A stretch of 20,000 bases of DNA from Chiloscyllium plagiosum. Lineage: Eukaryota. Numbering within the stretch: position 1 is the first letter of the stretch; each line of letters opens with the position of its first letter. The stretch lies in contig NC_057717.1 of NCBI RefSeq assembly GCF_004010195.1, positions 107,378,989 through 107,398,988 on the forward strand. The letters run 5' to 3'. The notes under the pieces are model-generated. The model was not told where the DNA came from. It was given only the letters and a program-made list of their open reading frames with translations, and made no database searches. Of the stretch, positions 10,007 to 19,814 are shown piece by piece. The position numbers and the translations under genes were made by a program.

Positions 10007-11119
10007 TCAAGGATCAGTTCTTTAGTTTTGTCGATGTTGAGAGAGAGGTTGCTCTCACTACACCATATCATCAAGCCCTCTATCTCTTTTCTGTATTCTG
10101 ACTCTCCGTCCTTACACTGTGGTGTCGTCAGCAAACTTTTACATGCATTTGTTTGGAATTTGGCAACACAGTCATGGGTGTACAGGGATTACAGTAGGGG
10201 GCTGAGAACACATCATTTTAGGGGGCTTCAGTGTTGAGTGTTATTGTGGAGGAGATGTAGTTGTCTATCTTCATTGATTGTGATCTATGGGGTCAGAAAG
10301 CTGAGGATCTAGTTGCAGAGGGTGGAGCCGAGACCTAGGTCTCAAAATTTTAAGATCAGTCTGGAGGGGATAATGGTGCTGAAGGTGGAGCTGTAGGCGA
10401 GGGGCAAGTGTCTGACGTAAGTGTCCTTGTTGTCCAGATGTTTCAGGGATGAGTGCAGGGCTAGGGAAATGGCACCTGCTGTAGACCTGTTACATCAGTA
10501 GATGAACTGTAAGGGATCGAGGCAGGCCAGGAGACTAGAGTCGATGTAGGCCATGACCAGCCTTTTGAAGCACTTCATGATTATGGAGGTCAGAGCCACT
10601 ACGCAGTAGTCATTAAAGCATGTTGCACATGCCTTCTTCGGTACTGGGATGATGGTGGTCTTCTTGAAGCAACTGGGGATTTTGGCTTGTAGGAGGGAGA
10701 GGTTGAAGAATACCTCTGCCAGCTGGTTCACACAGGATCTAAGTGCATGGCTGGGGACTCCATCCAGGCCGTCACTTTCTTTGAGTTGAGTCCCAGGAAG
10801 ACTGATCTGTCGTGATGGAGGGAACAGGTGCATGTCGGGTTGCTGGGGCAACTAGTTATTCTGTGGTGAGTAAGTCACCTCCTTATCCTTGTGGCATGCC
10901 CTCTTGTATTTCCAATTGTACCAGAGTGGCTTGATAGTAAACTGAGGGGTATGCTGTATCACAAAATTACAGATTGTGGTGGAATACAACTTTGGTGCTG
11001 CTGAAACACCACATCAATTTAATTACTAGATCTTTCAGAATTGATCCAATTTATCATGATATATGCACAAAACAACCCAACAGGGTGTTAGTCTTCAAGG
11101 TGAAAATGGGATTTCTTTT

Positions 11120-11645
11120 CCACAAGAATGATCCCAGGAATGTAAGGCTTGTCCATATGAGGAGCAGTTGAGACTTTGGGTCTGTAGTCTATGGAATTTA
11201 GAACACTGAGGGGTGTTCTCACTGAAATTTACAGACTGCTGAGAGGCCTGGATAGAGTGGTTATAGAGAAGAGGTTTCCACTAATAGGAGAGATCCGGAC
11301 CCAAGGGCATAGCCTCAGAATGAAGGGATGACCCTTTAAAACTCAGATTAGCAGGAATTTCTTTAACCTGAGGTTGGTGAATCCGTGGAACTCATTGCCA
11401 CAGATGGCTGTGGAGGCCATGCCATTGAGTGTATTTAAGAAAGAGATAGATAGATTCTTGATTGATAAGGGGATCAAAGGTTTTGGGGAGAAGGCAGGAG
11501 AATGGGATTGAGAAAGATATCAGCCATGATTAAATGGTGCAGCAGACTCGATGGGCCGAATGGCCTAATTTGGCTTGATTTATTGTTGCCACATGTACCT
11601 TAGTACAGTAAAAATGTTTTTCTGCTGCTATATCTTATAGTCTTA
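11120..11645 (+). mobile_element. CR1-type LINE 3' fragment
   Basis: cacaagaatgatcccaggaatg...tatgaggag..ttgag...ggaatttctttaacctgaggttggtgaatccgtggaactcattgccaca...tttaagaaagagatagatagattcttg encodes the RNFF..R.V..WNSLP...FKKEIDRFL C-terminus. It ends ...gggccgaatggcctaatt / tcttatagtctta. Confidence 0.88.
11571..11619 (-). mobile_element. ~50-bp Rex/Babar 3'-end stub inserted in the CR1 3' tail
   Basis: ttgatttattgttgccacatgtaccttagtacagtaaaaa matches 6265-6302 (ttgatttaatgtcacatgtacctaagtaaagtgaaaa). It interrupts the CR1 end between ggcctaatt and tctgct. Confidence 0.7.
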
Positions 11646-11752
11646 CAGGGACTGTGCATGGTCACTTCGACCAATACTACTATCATGGATAAATATACCT
11701 GAAACAAGCAAATTGATGAGTAGGAGATCAAGTATTTTCTCTCTGCAACACT

Positions 11753-11938
11753 ACTTCAACTCCCCCTCCCACTGCCAACCACTTCAACTCCCCCTCCCAC
11801 TCCACCAAGGACATGCAAGTCCTGGGCCTCCTCAATCATAAAATCCAAGCTACCTGATGACAGGAGGAAGAACGCCTCATCTTTCGTTTCGGGACCCTTC
11901 AACCACACAGCATCAACACTGACTTCATTAGTTTCCAA
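11753..11938 (+). mobile_element. Penelope-like element ORF C-terminal fragment (end of the GIY-YIG endonuclease region)
   Basis: Translates ANHFNSPSHSTKDMQVLGLL, then a frameshift, then EEERLIFRFGTLQPHSINTDFISF. This fits the HF...H...E..I..LxTL.P.GxN signature of PLE GIY-YIG C-termini. Confidence 0.8.
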
Positions 11939-12009
11939 GGAGTAGGTGGAACTTGAACCCAACTCTCCTGGCTCAGAGGTAGGGACACTCCCACTGCACC
12001 ATAAGAGCC
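11939..12009 (-). mobile_element. tRNA-derived SINE 5' head (family distinct from HE1)
   Basis: Minus strand reads ggctcttaTGGTGCAGTGGgagtgtccctacctctgagccaggagagttgGGTTCAAGTTCcacc, giving Pol III A-box and B-box at tRNA-like spacing. No complete cloverleaf or acceptor stem. Confidence 0.72.
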
Positions 12010-12058
12010 TATATTCTCTCTTTAGGTCTACCCAGCCAACCAATTAATTAATTAATTT

Positions 12059-12709
12059 AGTGAAGAAGGCATTTGGTATGCTTTCTTTTATTGGTCAGAT
12101 CATTGAGTACAGGAATTGGGAGGTCAAGTTGCAGCTGAACAGGACATTGGTTAGGCCACTGTTGCAATATTGCGTGCAATTCTAGTCTCATTCCTGTCGG
12201 AAAGATGTTGTGAAACTTGAAAGGGTTCAGAAAAGATTTACAAGGATGTTGCCAGGGTTGGAGGATTTGAGCTATATGGAGAAGCTGAATAGGCTGGGGC
12301 TGTTTTCCCTGTAGCGTCGGAGGCTGAGGGGTGACTTTATAGAGGTTTACAAAATTATGAGGGGCATGGTTAGGGTAAATAGACAAAGTCTTTTTCCTGG
12401 GGTGGGGGAGTCCAGAACTTGAGGGCATGGGTTTAGAGTGAGAGGGGAAAGATATAAATGAGACCTAAGGGGCAACTTTTTCACGCAGAGGGTGGTACGT
12501 GTATGGAATGAGCTGCCAGAGGAAGTGGTGGAGGCTGGTACAATTGCAACATTTAAGAGGTATTTGGATGGGTATATGAATAGGAAGGGTTTGGAGGGAT
12601 ATGGGCCGGGTGCTGGCGGGTGGGATGAGATTGGGTTGGGATATCTGGTCGGTATGGACAGGTTGGACCGGAGGGTCTGTTTCCATGCTGTACATCTCTA
12701 TGATTCTAT
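12059..12709 (+). mobile_element. CR1/HER1 LINE 3' fragment, relatively well preserved
   Basis: Homologous to 9228-9870. ORF 12492-12746 reads VRVWNELPEEVVEAGTIATFKRYLDGYMNRKGLEGYGP. Tail is ctctatgattctat. Confidence 0.93.
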
Positions 12710-13189
12710 CTGCTTAACATCATGTAACAAGTACTGGTGCTCCTAAGTTATGTCTGGTGCTTGACAGGAAAGACACCATATGAGTTGATGTTCTTAACAT
12801 TTATTGAAAGATTTGATTTCTTGTGAATGATTTAATAAATGAAAACAGGTGAAATGTTTAACATTTAAGCCTGTCGTAATAAATGAGAGAATGCTCGCAG
12901 CCAGCTAAATCTTTCACAGCAATAATGCCCTCTTCGATGCTGCTATGTTCCAGCCGGTTGAAATGTTAACCTTTTCTTTTGATCAGGTGAGAAACATAGA
13001 TGTCAGCAAGTAGTGGGCCCTATTTTTCAAATATCCAAGCTCCAATGATGTCAATGAGACTTGACTGCTAGTTTAACCCAAGACTTGCAATGGGAGCAAA
13101 TCTGGGAAGAAAATAGGCCTGAAAGTAAAGTTAATTTTTTTTTGTTTCTGGCCTTGTGGCCAGGCAAAGATGTATCCCTCTATGCCTTA

Positions 13190-14503
13190 CAAGAAAACTT
13201 TGATTCTCCCTTGCATTGGGAATCTCTTCTCCATCTTTCAACATCGAAACCTTTCTTAATTGTGAAAACGTCTGTTAGCTCACCTTTCAGCCTTCTTTAT
13301 TCCAGAGAAAAGAGACCAAAACTGTCAATCCTTTCCTGACATCTTTATACAAGTACTTCAGGGATCATCTTGGAAATCTCCACTGATTCTATTACATTTT
13401 TATTGTTGTTGGCATTCTCTAGTTAATAAGTACCATTGTCCACCAAGGAAATTCCATGTCACTGATCATGGATTCTGTGGGTCATTTTGTGGCTGATGAA
13501 TCTGATTCAAGAGCCACATCTCCATCCACATATTTGGCATGTCTTTCCGGGAGATGGAAATGATCCTTGGGCTTAAGATCGCTGACTTTCTTTTCTTCGG
13601 TTCCTTTTCCATATATCCTCCAATCAATGTGTGTTTTCAAAGAATTCTGTGCCTTCATATAGGATCTTCCTTCAAATCAGTTTCTTCTATGTGAAGGTCT
13701 TCCATGCATTGATGTCTATGTTGTATTTCTTAAGGGAAGCTTTCTTCTTGTTCGAGTGCCTTCCTTGAACTCTATTAAGATGACTTGCTTTGACAGCGTG
13801 AACTCAGGCATCTGAAGCAAATGGCGAGGCAACCAGAGTTGACTTTGGATGATGATGGCCTCAATGCTGGTGCTATTGGCTGCTTCAAATACCCTGATGT
13901 TAGTACATCTGTCCTCCCAGCCCAGTTATAACGTTATTGCATGGTAACCAGAACTGCACGTGGTATTCTAAAGGTGTGACAAATCAAGGATCAATGCTAT
14001 TTTAGTTGAACTTGCCTCCTTTTTAACACTCCCTTTAGCAATAAAGCCCAGAGCTTGCTTTACTTCATGTTTTGCCTACCTGTGGCACATCTTTTAGGAT
14101 TGATACATTTAGATACCAAATTCCCTTTGGTCTCCTCCTCGACAGACCTGTATTATCCAAGTAAAAGTGATTTCTTATTCTTCTTACCAAAATGTACTAC
14201 CTTACATTCACTTGTATGGAACTTCATTTGCCAATTGTTTGTCCATTGACAAGTCTTTAATGCTCTTCTATAGTTTTAGTTAAGTTTTCCCCAGAGTTGA
14301 CTATGTTCCTAATTTGATGTCATTTGCAAATTTAGAAATTGTGCCTCTGATTCCAAAGTCCAAATCCTGAATTTAAATTGTGAAAGGCAGTTGTCCAAGT
14401 ACTGATACTTATGGAACATCACCTCCCACTCTCTGCCACTGAATAACTACACTTTACTCCCCTCTATGCTTTTTGTCTCAAAGACAGCCAGAAATCCATT
14501 CTG
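13190..14503 (-). mobile_element. Old CR1-type LINE fragment (antisense), in pieces ~13190-13400 and ~13935-14503 around an RTE insertion
   Basis: Antisense CR1 hallmarks: cagccttctttattccagagaaaagag, accagaactgcac..tattcta, ccttacattcacttgtatggaacttcatttgcca, and tttgatgtcatttgcaaattt (minus KFANDIKL, the RT FADD motif). actgatacttatggaacatcac corresponds to the GVPQGSV motif. Confidence 0.72.
13403..13922 (-). mobile_element. RTE-clade LINE 3' fragment
   Basis: Minus-strand translation WEDRCTNIRVFEAANSTSIEAIIIQSQLWLPRHLLQMPEFTLSKQV...KEGTR fits the RTE W.D..TN..VL...SIE....QLRWxGH..RMP..R.PKQ motif. A C-terminal C2H2-like relic reads CQICGWRCGS*IRFISHKMTH (~13475-13540). A (caa)n tail appears as ttgttgtt at 13403-13410. 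Confidence 0.8.
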
Positions 14504-15660
14504 GAAACATAGTATAAGAAGTAGGCCATTCAGCCCATCCAGCCAGCTACCCCATTGAACTAGATCATGATTAGTTATTTGCCTCAATGCTATTTTCCTG
14601 TGCTATTCCCACATCCCTTAGTGTCATTAGCATCCAATAACAATTTCTGATTTGAACTTGTTCAATGTTTGAACTTCCACAGCTCTCTGCAATACAGAAT
14701 TCCAAATATTCAACACCCTGAGTGAAAAAACTTCACCTAATCACAATCTTAAATGACCTATCCTTTATTGCAAAGCCTTCCCCCTCTCCCTCCACAATCA
14801 GTCAGGGAAATATCTTTTCCATATCCATCCCTGTAAGAATTTTCTAAGTTTCAAATATATATCTCTCAATCTTCAAGGCTCTAAAGATTACAAAACCAGT
14901 TTTTTCAATCCGTCCACGAAATACAATCCTGCCATCCCATGGTTTAATTTACTGAACATCCATTGCATTCTCTCTATGGCAAATATATCTTCCTTAGATA
15001 GGGAGACTAAAATTGTACACAATATTCCATGTGCAGTTTCATAAAGACTCCATACAATTGCAGTATGTCATCTTTATTCCTGTACTCAAATACGCTTGCA
15101 ATGAAGACCAACTTACATTTGCCTGCCTGATTGCTTGCTGTACTTGCTTTTTGTGAAAGCTTTTTGTGACTCATGAACAAGAACGCCCAGATCTCTTTGG
15201 ACAGCAACACTTCCCAACCTCTCACCAACTCCCAACTTTTAACTTCTTCACATCGTAATCCACCTGCCATGTTCTTTTCCATTCTCTTGGCCTCTCAAAG
15301 CTGCCTTGAAGTGTACTTGGATTGTCTCACAACTCACATTCTCACCTATTTTTGTGTTGTCTGAAAATCTGGCAATAATATATGTGGTTTCCACATCCAA
15401 ATCAATGACATAGTTTGTGAACAGCTGTGTCCCCAACACTGATCCTTGCAGTGTTCCACGAGTAACCACCTGCCTGTTTATTCCCATTGTGTGTTGACCA
15501 ATTTTCAATTCATACCCGTATATTACACCAATCCCATGTATTCTAATTTTACTAACCTTCTTTTGGTACCTTATCTAAAGTATTCTGAATATTCAAATAC
15601 ACCACACACACTGTCCCTCTTCTCTTTAAAATAATCCTGTAGGTTTGTCAAACCAGAGGT
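14504..15660 (-). mobile_element. Old CR1-type LINE 3' half (antisense)
   Basis: Begins with the reversed 3' end gaaacatag..gaagtaggccattcagcccatc. ORFs 15248-15508 (VTRGTLQGSVLGTQLFTNYVIDLD...ARFSDNTKIG) and 15007-15282 (FEYRNKDDILQLY..FMKLHMEYCVQF) are CR1 RT and C-terminal motifs. Confidence 0.88.
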
Positions 15661-15877
15661 TACCATTCCTAATTTGTCTTCCCCATCTAATGTAAATTTC
15701 TCCAAAACCACTCATAAATCTGCCTGCAAGGCAATAAAAGATTACCACCAACGCATCTATTGTCTCTATAGCTACCTTCTTCAACACGCTGAGATATAGA
15801 GCAATGGTCCAAGCGTAGGCTCTGTATCTATTTTATTTGGGAATATAAACTGGAAAATGGCATGTTGATTATTAGTT

Positions 15878-15994
15878 ATAGAGTCATAGAGACTTAGAGC
15901 ATGGAAACTGACCCTTCAGTCCACCCAGTCCATGCCGACCATAATCCTAAACCAAACTCATCCCACCTGACTGTGTTTGGCCCATATTCCTCCA
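15878..15994 (-). mobile_element. CR1/HER1 3'-terminal stub (antisense)
   Basis: atagagtcatagag...gcatggaaactgacccttcagtccacccagtccatgccgacc...ggcccatattcctcca resembles the reverse complement of 12592-12709. Confidence 0.85.
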
Positions 15995-16343
15995 TGATGT
16001 GGAGGAGTCAGTGTCGGACTGGGGTGGACAAAGTTAAAAATGACAGAACACCAGGTTATAGTCCAATAGGTTTATTTGGAAGCACTAACACTTGGAGCGC
16101 TACTCCTTCATCAATTGGTTGTGGAGCATAAGATCATAAGACACAGAATTTACAGTGAAAGATTACCATGTCATGCAACTGGAATGATATATAGAACAAA
16201 CCTGGATTGTTGTTTAAATCTTTCATCTTTTAGAATGGGTTGCAGGTTTTGGTTCATTAATATGTAAATTCCAGAGCTTCATTTAAGTCACCTTCTCGAG
16301 ATAACTTAAGGTTTTATAACAAAAGGTAACATCTCAGCTCAGA
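15995..16343 (-). mobile_element. Penelope-like terminal repeat of a second family
   Basis: Recognised shark PLE-type end (ggactggggtggacaaagttaaaaat...caccaggttatagtccaataggttt). The minus strand carries a degenerate hammerhead TTGATGA-a-GGAGT-agc-GCTCC-aagtgtta at ~16085-16115. Family assignment is from memory. Confidence 0.6.
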
Positions 16344-16469
16344 GCTCTCCTTAAAGTGATTGAAAAGTTGTTTATCCCTCTCTAAGGTTAGAAAAAGAAT
16401 CTTACATTATGTTTAAACAGTCAATTTCCATGAAATGTAAAATTGGCATCGTAATTCCCCATTATCTCA

Positions 16470-16610
16470 TCTTTATGTTTGTCTATTATAGGGCACCTCA
16501 TCAATGGCCTTTTGAAAATCCATATATGACATACTGCATGAACATTCTCTACTCCATTTTTCTCTGTTAAAAAAAAAAAGAGAATTTCCTCTTGATCATA
16601 ACAAGAGATT
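16470..16610 (-). mobile_element. Old CR1-type RT fragment
   Basis: Minus-strand YMDFQKAIDEVPYNR corresponds to the CR1 YxDFxKAFDxVPH motif. Confidence 0.7.
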
Positions 16611-16639
16611 ATCAATATAAAATATTCACCCAGAAATTC

Positions 16640-16858
16640 AGCGTATACAGAAAAAAGTTTTGTAACCCACAGAAAGGTGAGATCCTGATATTCAGCACAT
16701 GGTGAGTAGTTGAAATGAACTCATGTAAATGCATTTAAAGGGAAGCCAGGCCATAATTTAAGAGAGAAGATAATTAATAGTTTCAATGGTAGACTTTAGT
16801 GTAGAAAAATGGGAAGAGGTTCAAGTGAAGAATAAATACCAACATAGGTTGGTCCAAA
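16640..16858 (+). mobile_element. Highly diverged CR1-type 3' end, probably continuing at ~17391-17420
   Basis: gagtagttgaaatgaac..taaatgcatttaaagggaagc...gggaagaggttcaagtgaagaataaataccaacat..ttggtccaaata resembles 19700-19812 and CR1 3' ends. Confidence 0.5.
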
Positions 16859-17385
16859 TAGAGTCAAAGAGCACAGAAACAGATCCTTCGGTCCAACTCG
16901 TCCATGCTGAACAAGTTTCCCAAACTAAACTAGTCCCACTTGCCTGTGTTTGGACCATATCCCCCTAAAGCTTTCCTATCCATGTACTTGTTCAAACATC
17001 TTTTAAATGTTGTAACTGTACCTGCATTTACAACTTCCTCTGGCAGTTCATTCCACATATGAATCACCCTCTGGGTGAAAATGCAGCCCCTCAGGTCCCT
17101 TTTAAACCTTTCCCCTCTCACCTCAAACCTATGTCCTCTAGCTTTGGACTCCCCTACTCTTGGAAAAAGACCTTTGTTGTTCACCTTAATTGTGCCCCTC
17201 ATGATTTTATAAACCTCTATAAGGTCAGCCCTCAGCCTTCTTCACTCCAGGGAAAGAAGCCCCAGCCTCTCCTTTAACTCAAACCCTCCAGTCTCAGTAA
17301 CATCTTTATAAATCTTTTTTGCACCCTTTCCAGTTTTATAACATTCTTCATACAGCAGGATGACAAGAACTGTACAGCATTCTGA
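16859..17385 (-). mobile_element. CR1/HER1 LINE 3' fragment (antisense)
   Basis: ORF 16930-17202 reads GLFPRVGESKARGHRFEVRGERFKRDLRGCIFTQRVIHMWNELPEEVV...FKRCLNKYMDRK. There is a possible aaatag duplication at 16856-16861 / 17391-17396. Confidence 0.92.
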
Positions 17386-17781
17386 CGAATAAATAGCCAC
17401 ACTGTCTATATGGAATGTTGTACAGTCAATACTCCTTTTCAAGTTACATGCAACTCCCATTAAAGAGGGGTAGCAAAGGGGGAGAAACAGCTCAACAACA
17501 AATGTACCTGCTTAGCTTCACAAAGGAAGTGACCATATTAATCAAGACACTATGTCTATTACAGTCACAGGTTCAGAAATATCCAGAATTACTTTTTCTT
17601 TCTCTATTCCTTGATGCTGTTAATAATCTAAATAATCATTACCTGGAGTACTGATTTTTCAGACTGACTGATTAATTTAACCGAGGTTAAATGCAGCTAT
17701 TCCTTTACCAAGAGAAAGGAACAATGAGTTGGAGGTAGGCTGACAACACTGCAGAACACGCTTTCTGCAAGTGTGGCTCAC

Positions 17782-17823
17782 CACTAGGAGTGCAGGATTG
17801 CTGAATTTACCCTCGATCAGCAC
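17782..17823 (-). other. Candidate 42-nt, frame-preserving internal exon (VLIEGKFSNPALLV) of an unidentified gene
   Basis: Minus strand reads ...ctgac...aatttttttagtcttacag|GTGCTGATC...CTCCTAGTG|gtgagc. Both splice sites fit consensus, only phase 0 is open, and the site lies in a repeat-free island. No protein is recognised. Confidence 0.3.
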
Positions 17824-18148
17824 CTGTAAGACTAAAAAAATTGCTAAAAGCTAAAATTAAAGTCAGCACTTTGGTGACAGCAAGATTTTTTGTACGTCTC
17901 AAAGGCTTAGGAATCCTGCATCCTGTTATTTTTAGAGGTGCGACTTTGATCATTTTAAAAGCATTAACACCACTGTTAAATCAGTGAAAATATTTGTATA
18001 AACAAGTAAACATGCACATTCTATTATTCACACTGTTTAATTTTTGAGTTTATAGAAATTAAAGTCCTTACTTTCATATACACTGAATTAATATATTTCA
18101 ACACTTCATTTTCAATAATATATTTATTACTATCTGAACCTTCTAATC

Positions 18149-18595
18149 TCATAGTCAGAGTCCTCCAGCACAGAGACAGGCTCTTGACCAAAAGGCCGAT
18201 CCACGCTAACTCCATTTCCCTGCACTTGGCCAATATCCTTCTAAACCTTTCCTATCCATGTATTTGTCCAAATGCCTTTTAAATGTTGTTAATGTACCCG
18301 CTTCAACCACTTCCACTGGCAGCTCATTCCATATGCATACCACCCTCTGTGTAAAACAATTGCCCCTCTATTCTTTCCACTCTAACCTTAAGCTGATGCC
18401 CTCTAATCCTCGATTTCCCAACCCTGGGAAAAAGACTGACTGCATTCACCCTATCCATGTCTCTCATAATCTTATACATCTCTATAAGGTCCCCCTCAGT
18501 CTCCTACACTCTAAAGAAAGAAGTCCTGGCTTGTCCAACCTCTCTCCATAACATAGATCATTGAGTCCTGGCAACATCCTTGTAAATTTCTTTGT
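18149..18595 (-). mobile_element. CR1/HER1 LINE 3' fragment (antisense)
   Basis: Resembles the reverse complement of 9395-9860 (ccttctaaacctttcctatccatgtatttgtccaaatgccttttaaatgttgtt...ggcaacatccttgtaaat). Confidence 0.92.
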
Positions 18596-18916
18596 AATCT
18601 ATACTTATAAAATTGCTTTTGTTGTGCAGTATGTCTTATTTAATTAAAACACATTTAAATTGAATCATAATAAATCTAAAGGTGTCCAGCTGAAGTGTGA
18701 ATTGGTATGTGTGAGGCTGCAGCCTCATTTCCTTTTTACTAGCCTCCTCTTCTGAAAGCATTGACTTATGCCGGGGAACAACTTCACAGGCATTAGAGAT
18801 TTTTCAAATCTTCCTCGAGAACACTCTTCAAATAGTATCACATTTCCAAGAACCACACTCCAACCAGTAGTAATAAATTTCAAGTCCTAAGTCTAAAAAG
18901 ACAGTATGAACTACAC

Positions 18917-19063
18917 TGGAATTTCCTCCCTAAGACATTGTGATCCAATCCACAGCAGGTGGGATGCAGCCGTTTAAGAAGGCAGCTCATCACCACTTTC
19001 TCAACTGCACTTAGGGATGGGCAATAAATACTGGCCATTCGTATAGGCCTACATCCCACAAAT
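18917..19063 (+). mobile_element. 3'-terminal piece of the 1533-3808 LINE family, or of a SINE sharing its tail; tail resumes at ~19427-19445
   Basis: gtttaagaaggcagctcatcaccactttctcaa..tagggatgggcaataaatactggcc matches 3712-3776. cccacaaat ... aaatgaacaaa matches 3795-3810 across the HE1 insert. Confidence 0.8.
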
Positions 19064-19423
19064 CATAGAAGAAATCATAGAATCCCTACAATATGGAACA
19101 GAATACTTGACCCAACAAGTCCACATCAACCCTCCGAAGACTATCCCACCCAGACCCATTCCCCTACCCTAATACTCAACAGTTCCCATGACCAATGCAC
19201 CTAACCTACACATCCCTGAACACTATGGGTGATTTACCATGGCCAATTCACCTAAATTGCACATCTTTGGACTGTGGGAGGAAACCAGAGCACCAGGAGG
19301 AAACTCACGCAGACACGGGAGAATGTGCAAACTGCACATAGACAGTCATCCAAGGCTGGAATCAAACCCGGGTCCCTGGTGCTGTGAGGCAGCAGTGCTA
19401 ACCACTGAGCGACCGTGCTGCCC
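19064..19423 (-). mobile_element. Full-length HE1 (V-SINE), tRNA-derived
   Basis: Minus strand begins gggcagcacggtcgctcagtggttagcactgctgcctcacagcaccagggacccgggtttgattcc (A and B boxes), followed by the V-domain, a CR1-like 3' end and a gattctatg-type tail. Confidence 0.93.
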
Positions 19424-19699
19424 TGGAAATGAACAAATAAAAAGAAAAACACTGCTACCATTGTTGAAAACCATTGGGTGTGGTTAATTACAACAGTAAA
19501 ATCTAAAGGAAATACAGTAAATTCATAAATCTGATGGTAAATGCACAAAATACGATATCCTGAATACACACTTATGATGGCTCAATTACTAACTCACTTA
19601 GCATCCATTGTGCACTTGTCTTCAGATTTCTTAAATGCAAACTAGAAATTAATTAAGTCACTAATGAACTCAATACTGAATTCAGGAGACCTTTATAGT

Positions 19700-19812
19700 T
19701 GTGGACAGTGGTGTGAACTCGCTATCATAAGGGCTAGCTAATTTGAACATCTTAAATTTATTCAAGGGGAAGTTGGATAAATATATAAGAGAGAATTGAA
19801 TTTGAAGTATCT
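19700..19812 (+). mobile_element. Highly diverged CR1-type 3' fragment
   Basis: gtgaactcgctatcata...ttcaaggggaagttggataaatatataagagagaa encodes the NSL...FKGKLDKYIRE C-terminal motif. Confidence 0.6.
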
Positions 19813-19814
19813 TA

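Larger units (their letters stand above)
6259..10850 (-). mobile_element. Rex1/Babar-clade LINE (RT to 3' end), split into three pieces (6259-6781, 7040-7221, 10006-10850) by later insertions
   Basis: Minus-strand peptides are typical of Rex1/Babar ORF2: DGVPSHALRSCVNQLAEVF..NLSL...IPSCFKKTTIIPVPKK...NDYxxVALTSIIMKCF...LDPLQF (10495-10851), TNFYRCTVESI (~6720-6770), and HPSIALLQLLLSGRRYRSLSTCTNRFENSF..RLMN (6286-6615). There is an (aatca)n-like tail at 6259-6273, and the sequence rejoins across both inserts. Confidence 0.85.
10870..11745 (-). mobile_element. Old antisense fragment (endonuclease region) of the same LINE family as 1533-3808, split by a CR1 insertion into ~10870-11127 and ~11648-11745
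   Basis: 11649-11718 (ggactgtgcatggtcac...ccaatact..tcatgga) resembles the reverse complement of 1821-1886. 10890-11060 resembles the reverse complement of ~1900-2040 and 2150-2200. Confidence 0.7.

Noticed and set aside
11939..12009. Possible tRNA gene (also 19355-19423)
   Set aside because: A and B boxes are present but there is no proper acceptor stem. Both are SINE heads, the second continuing directly into an HE1 body.
18712..18727. Perfect 16-bp palindrome tgaggctgcagcctca
   Set aside because: The chance expectation is about 20000/4^8, or roughly 0.3 per window, and nothing else supports a function.
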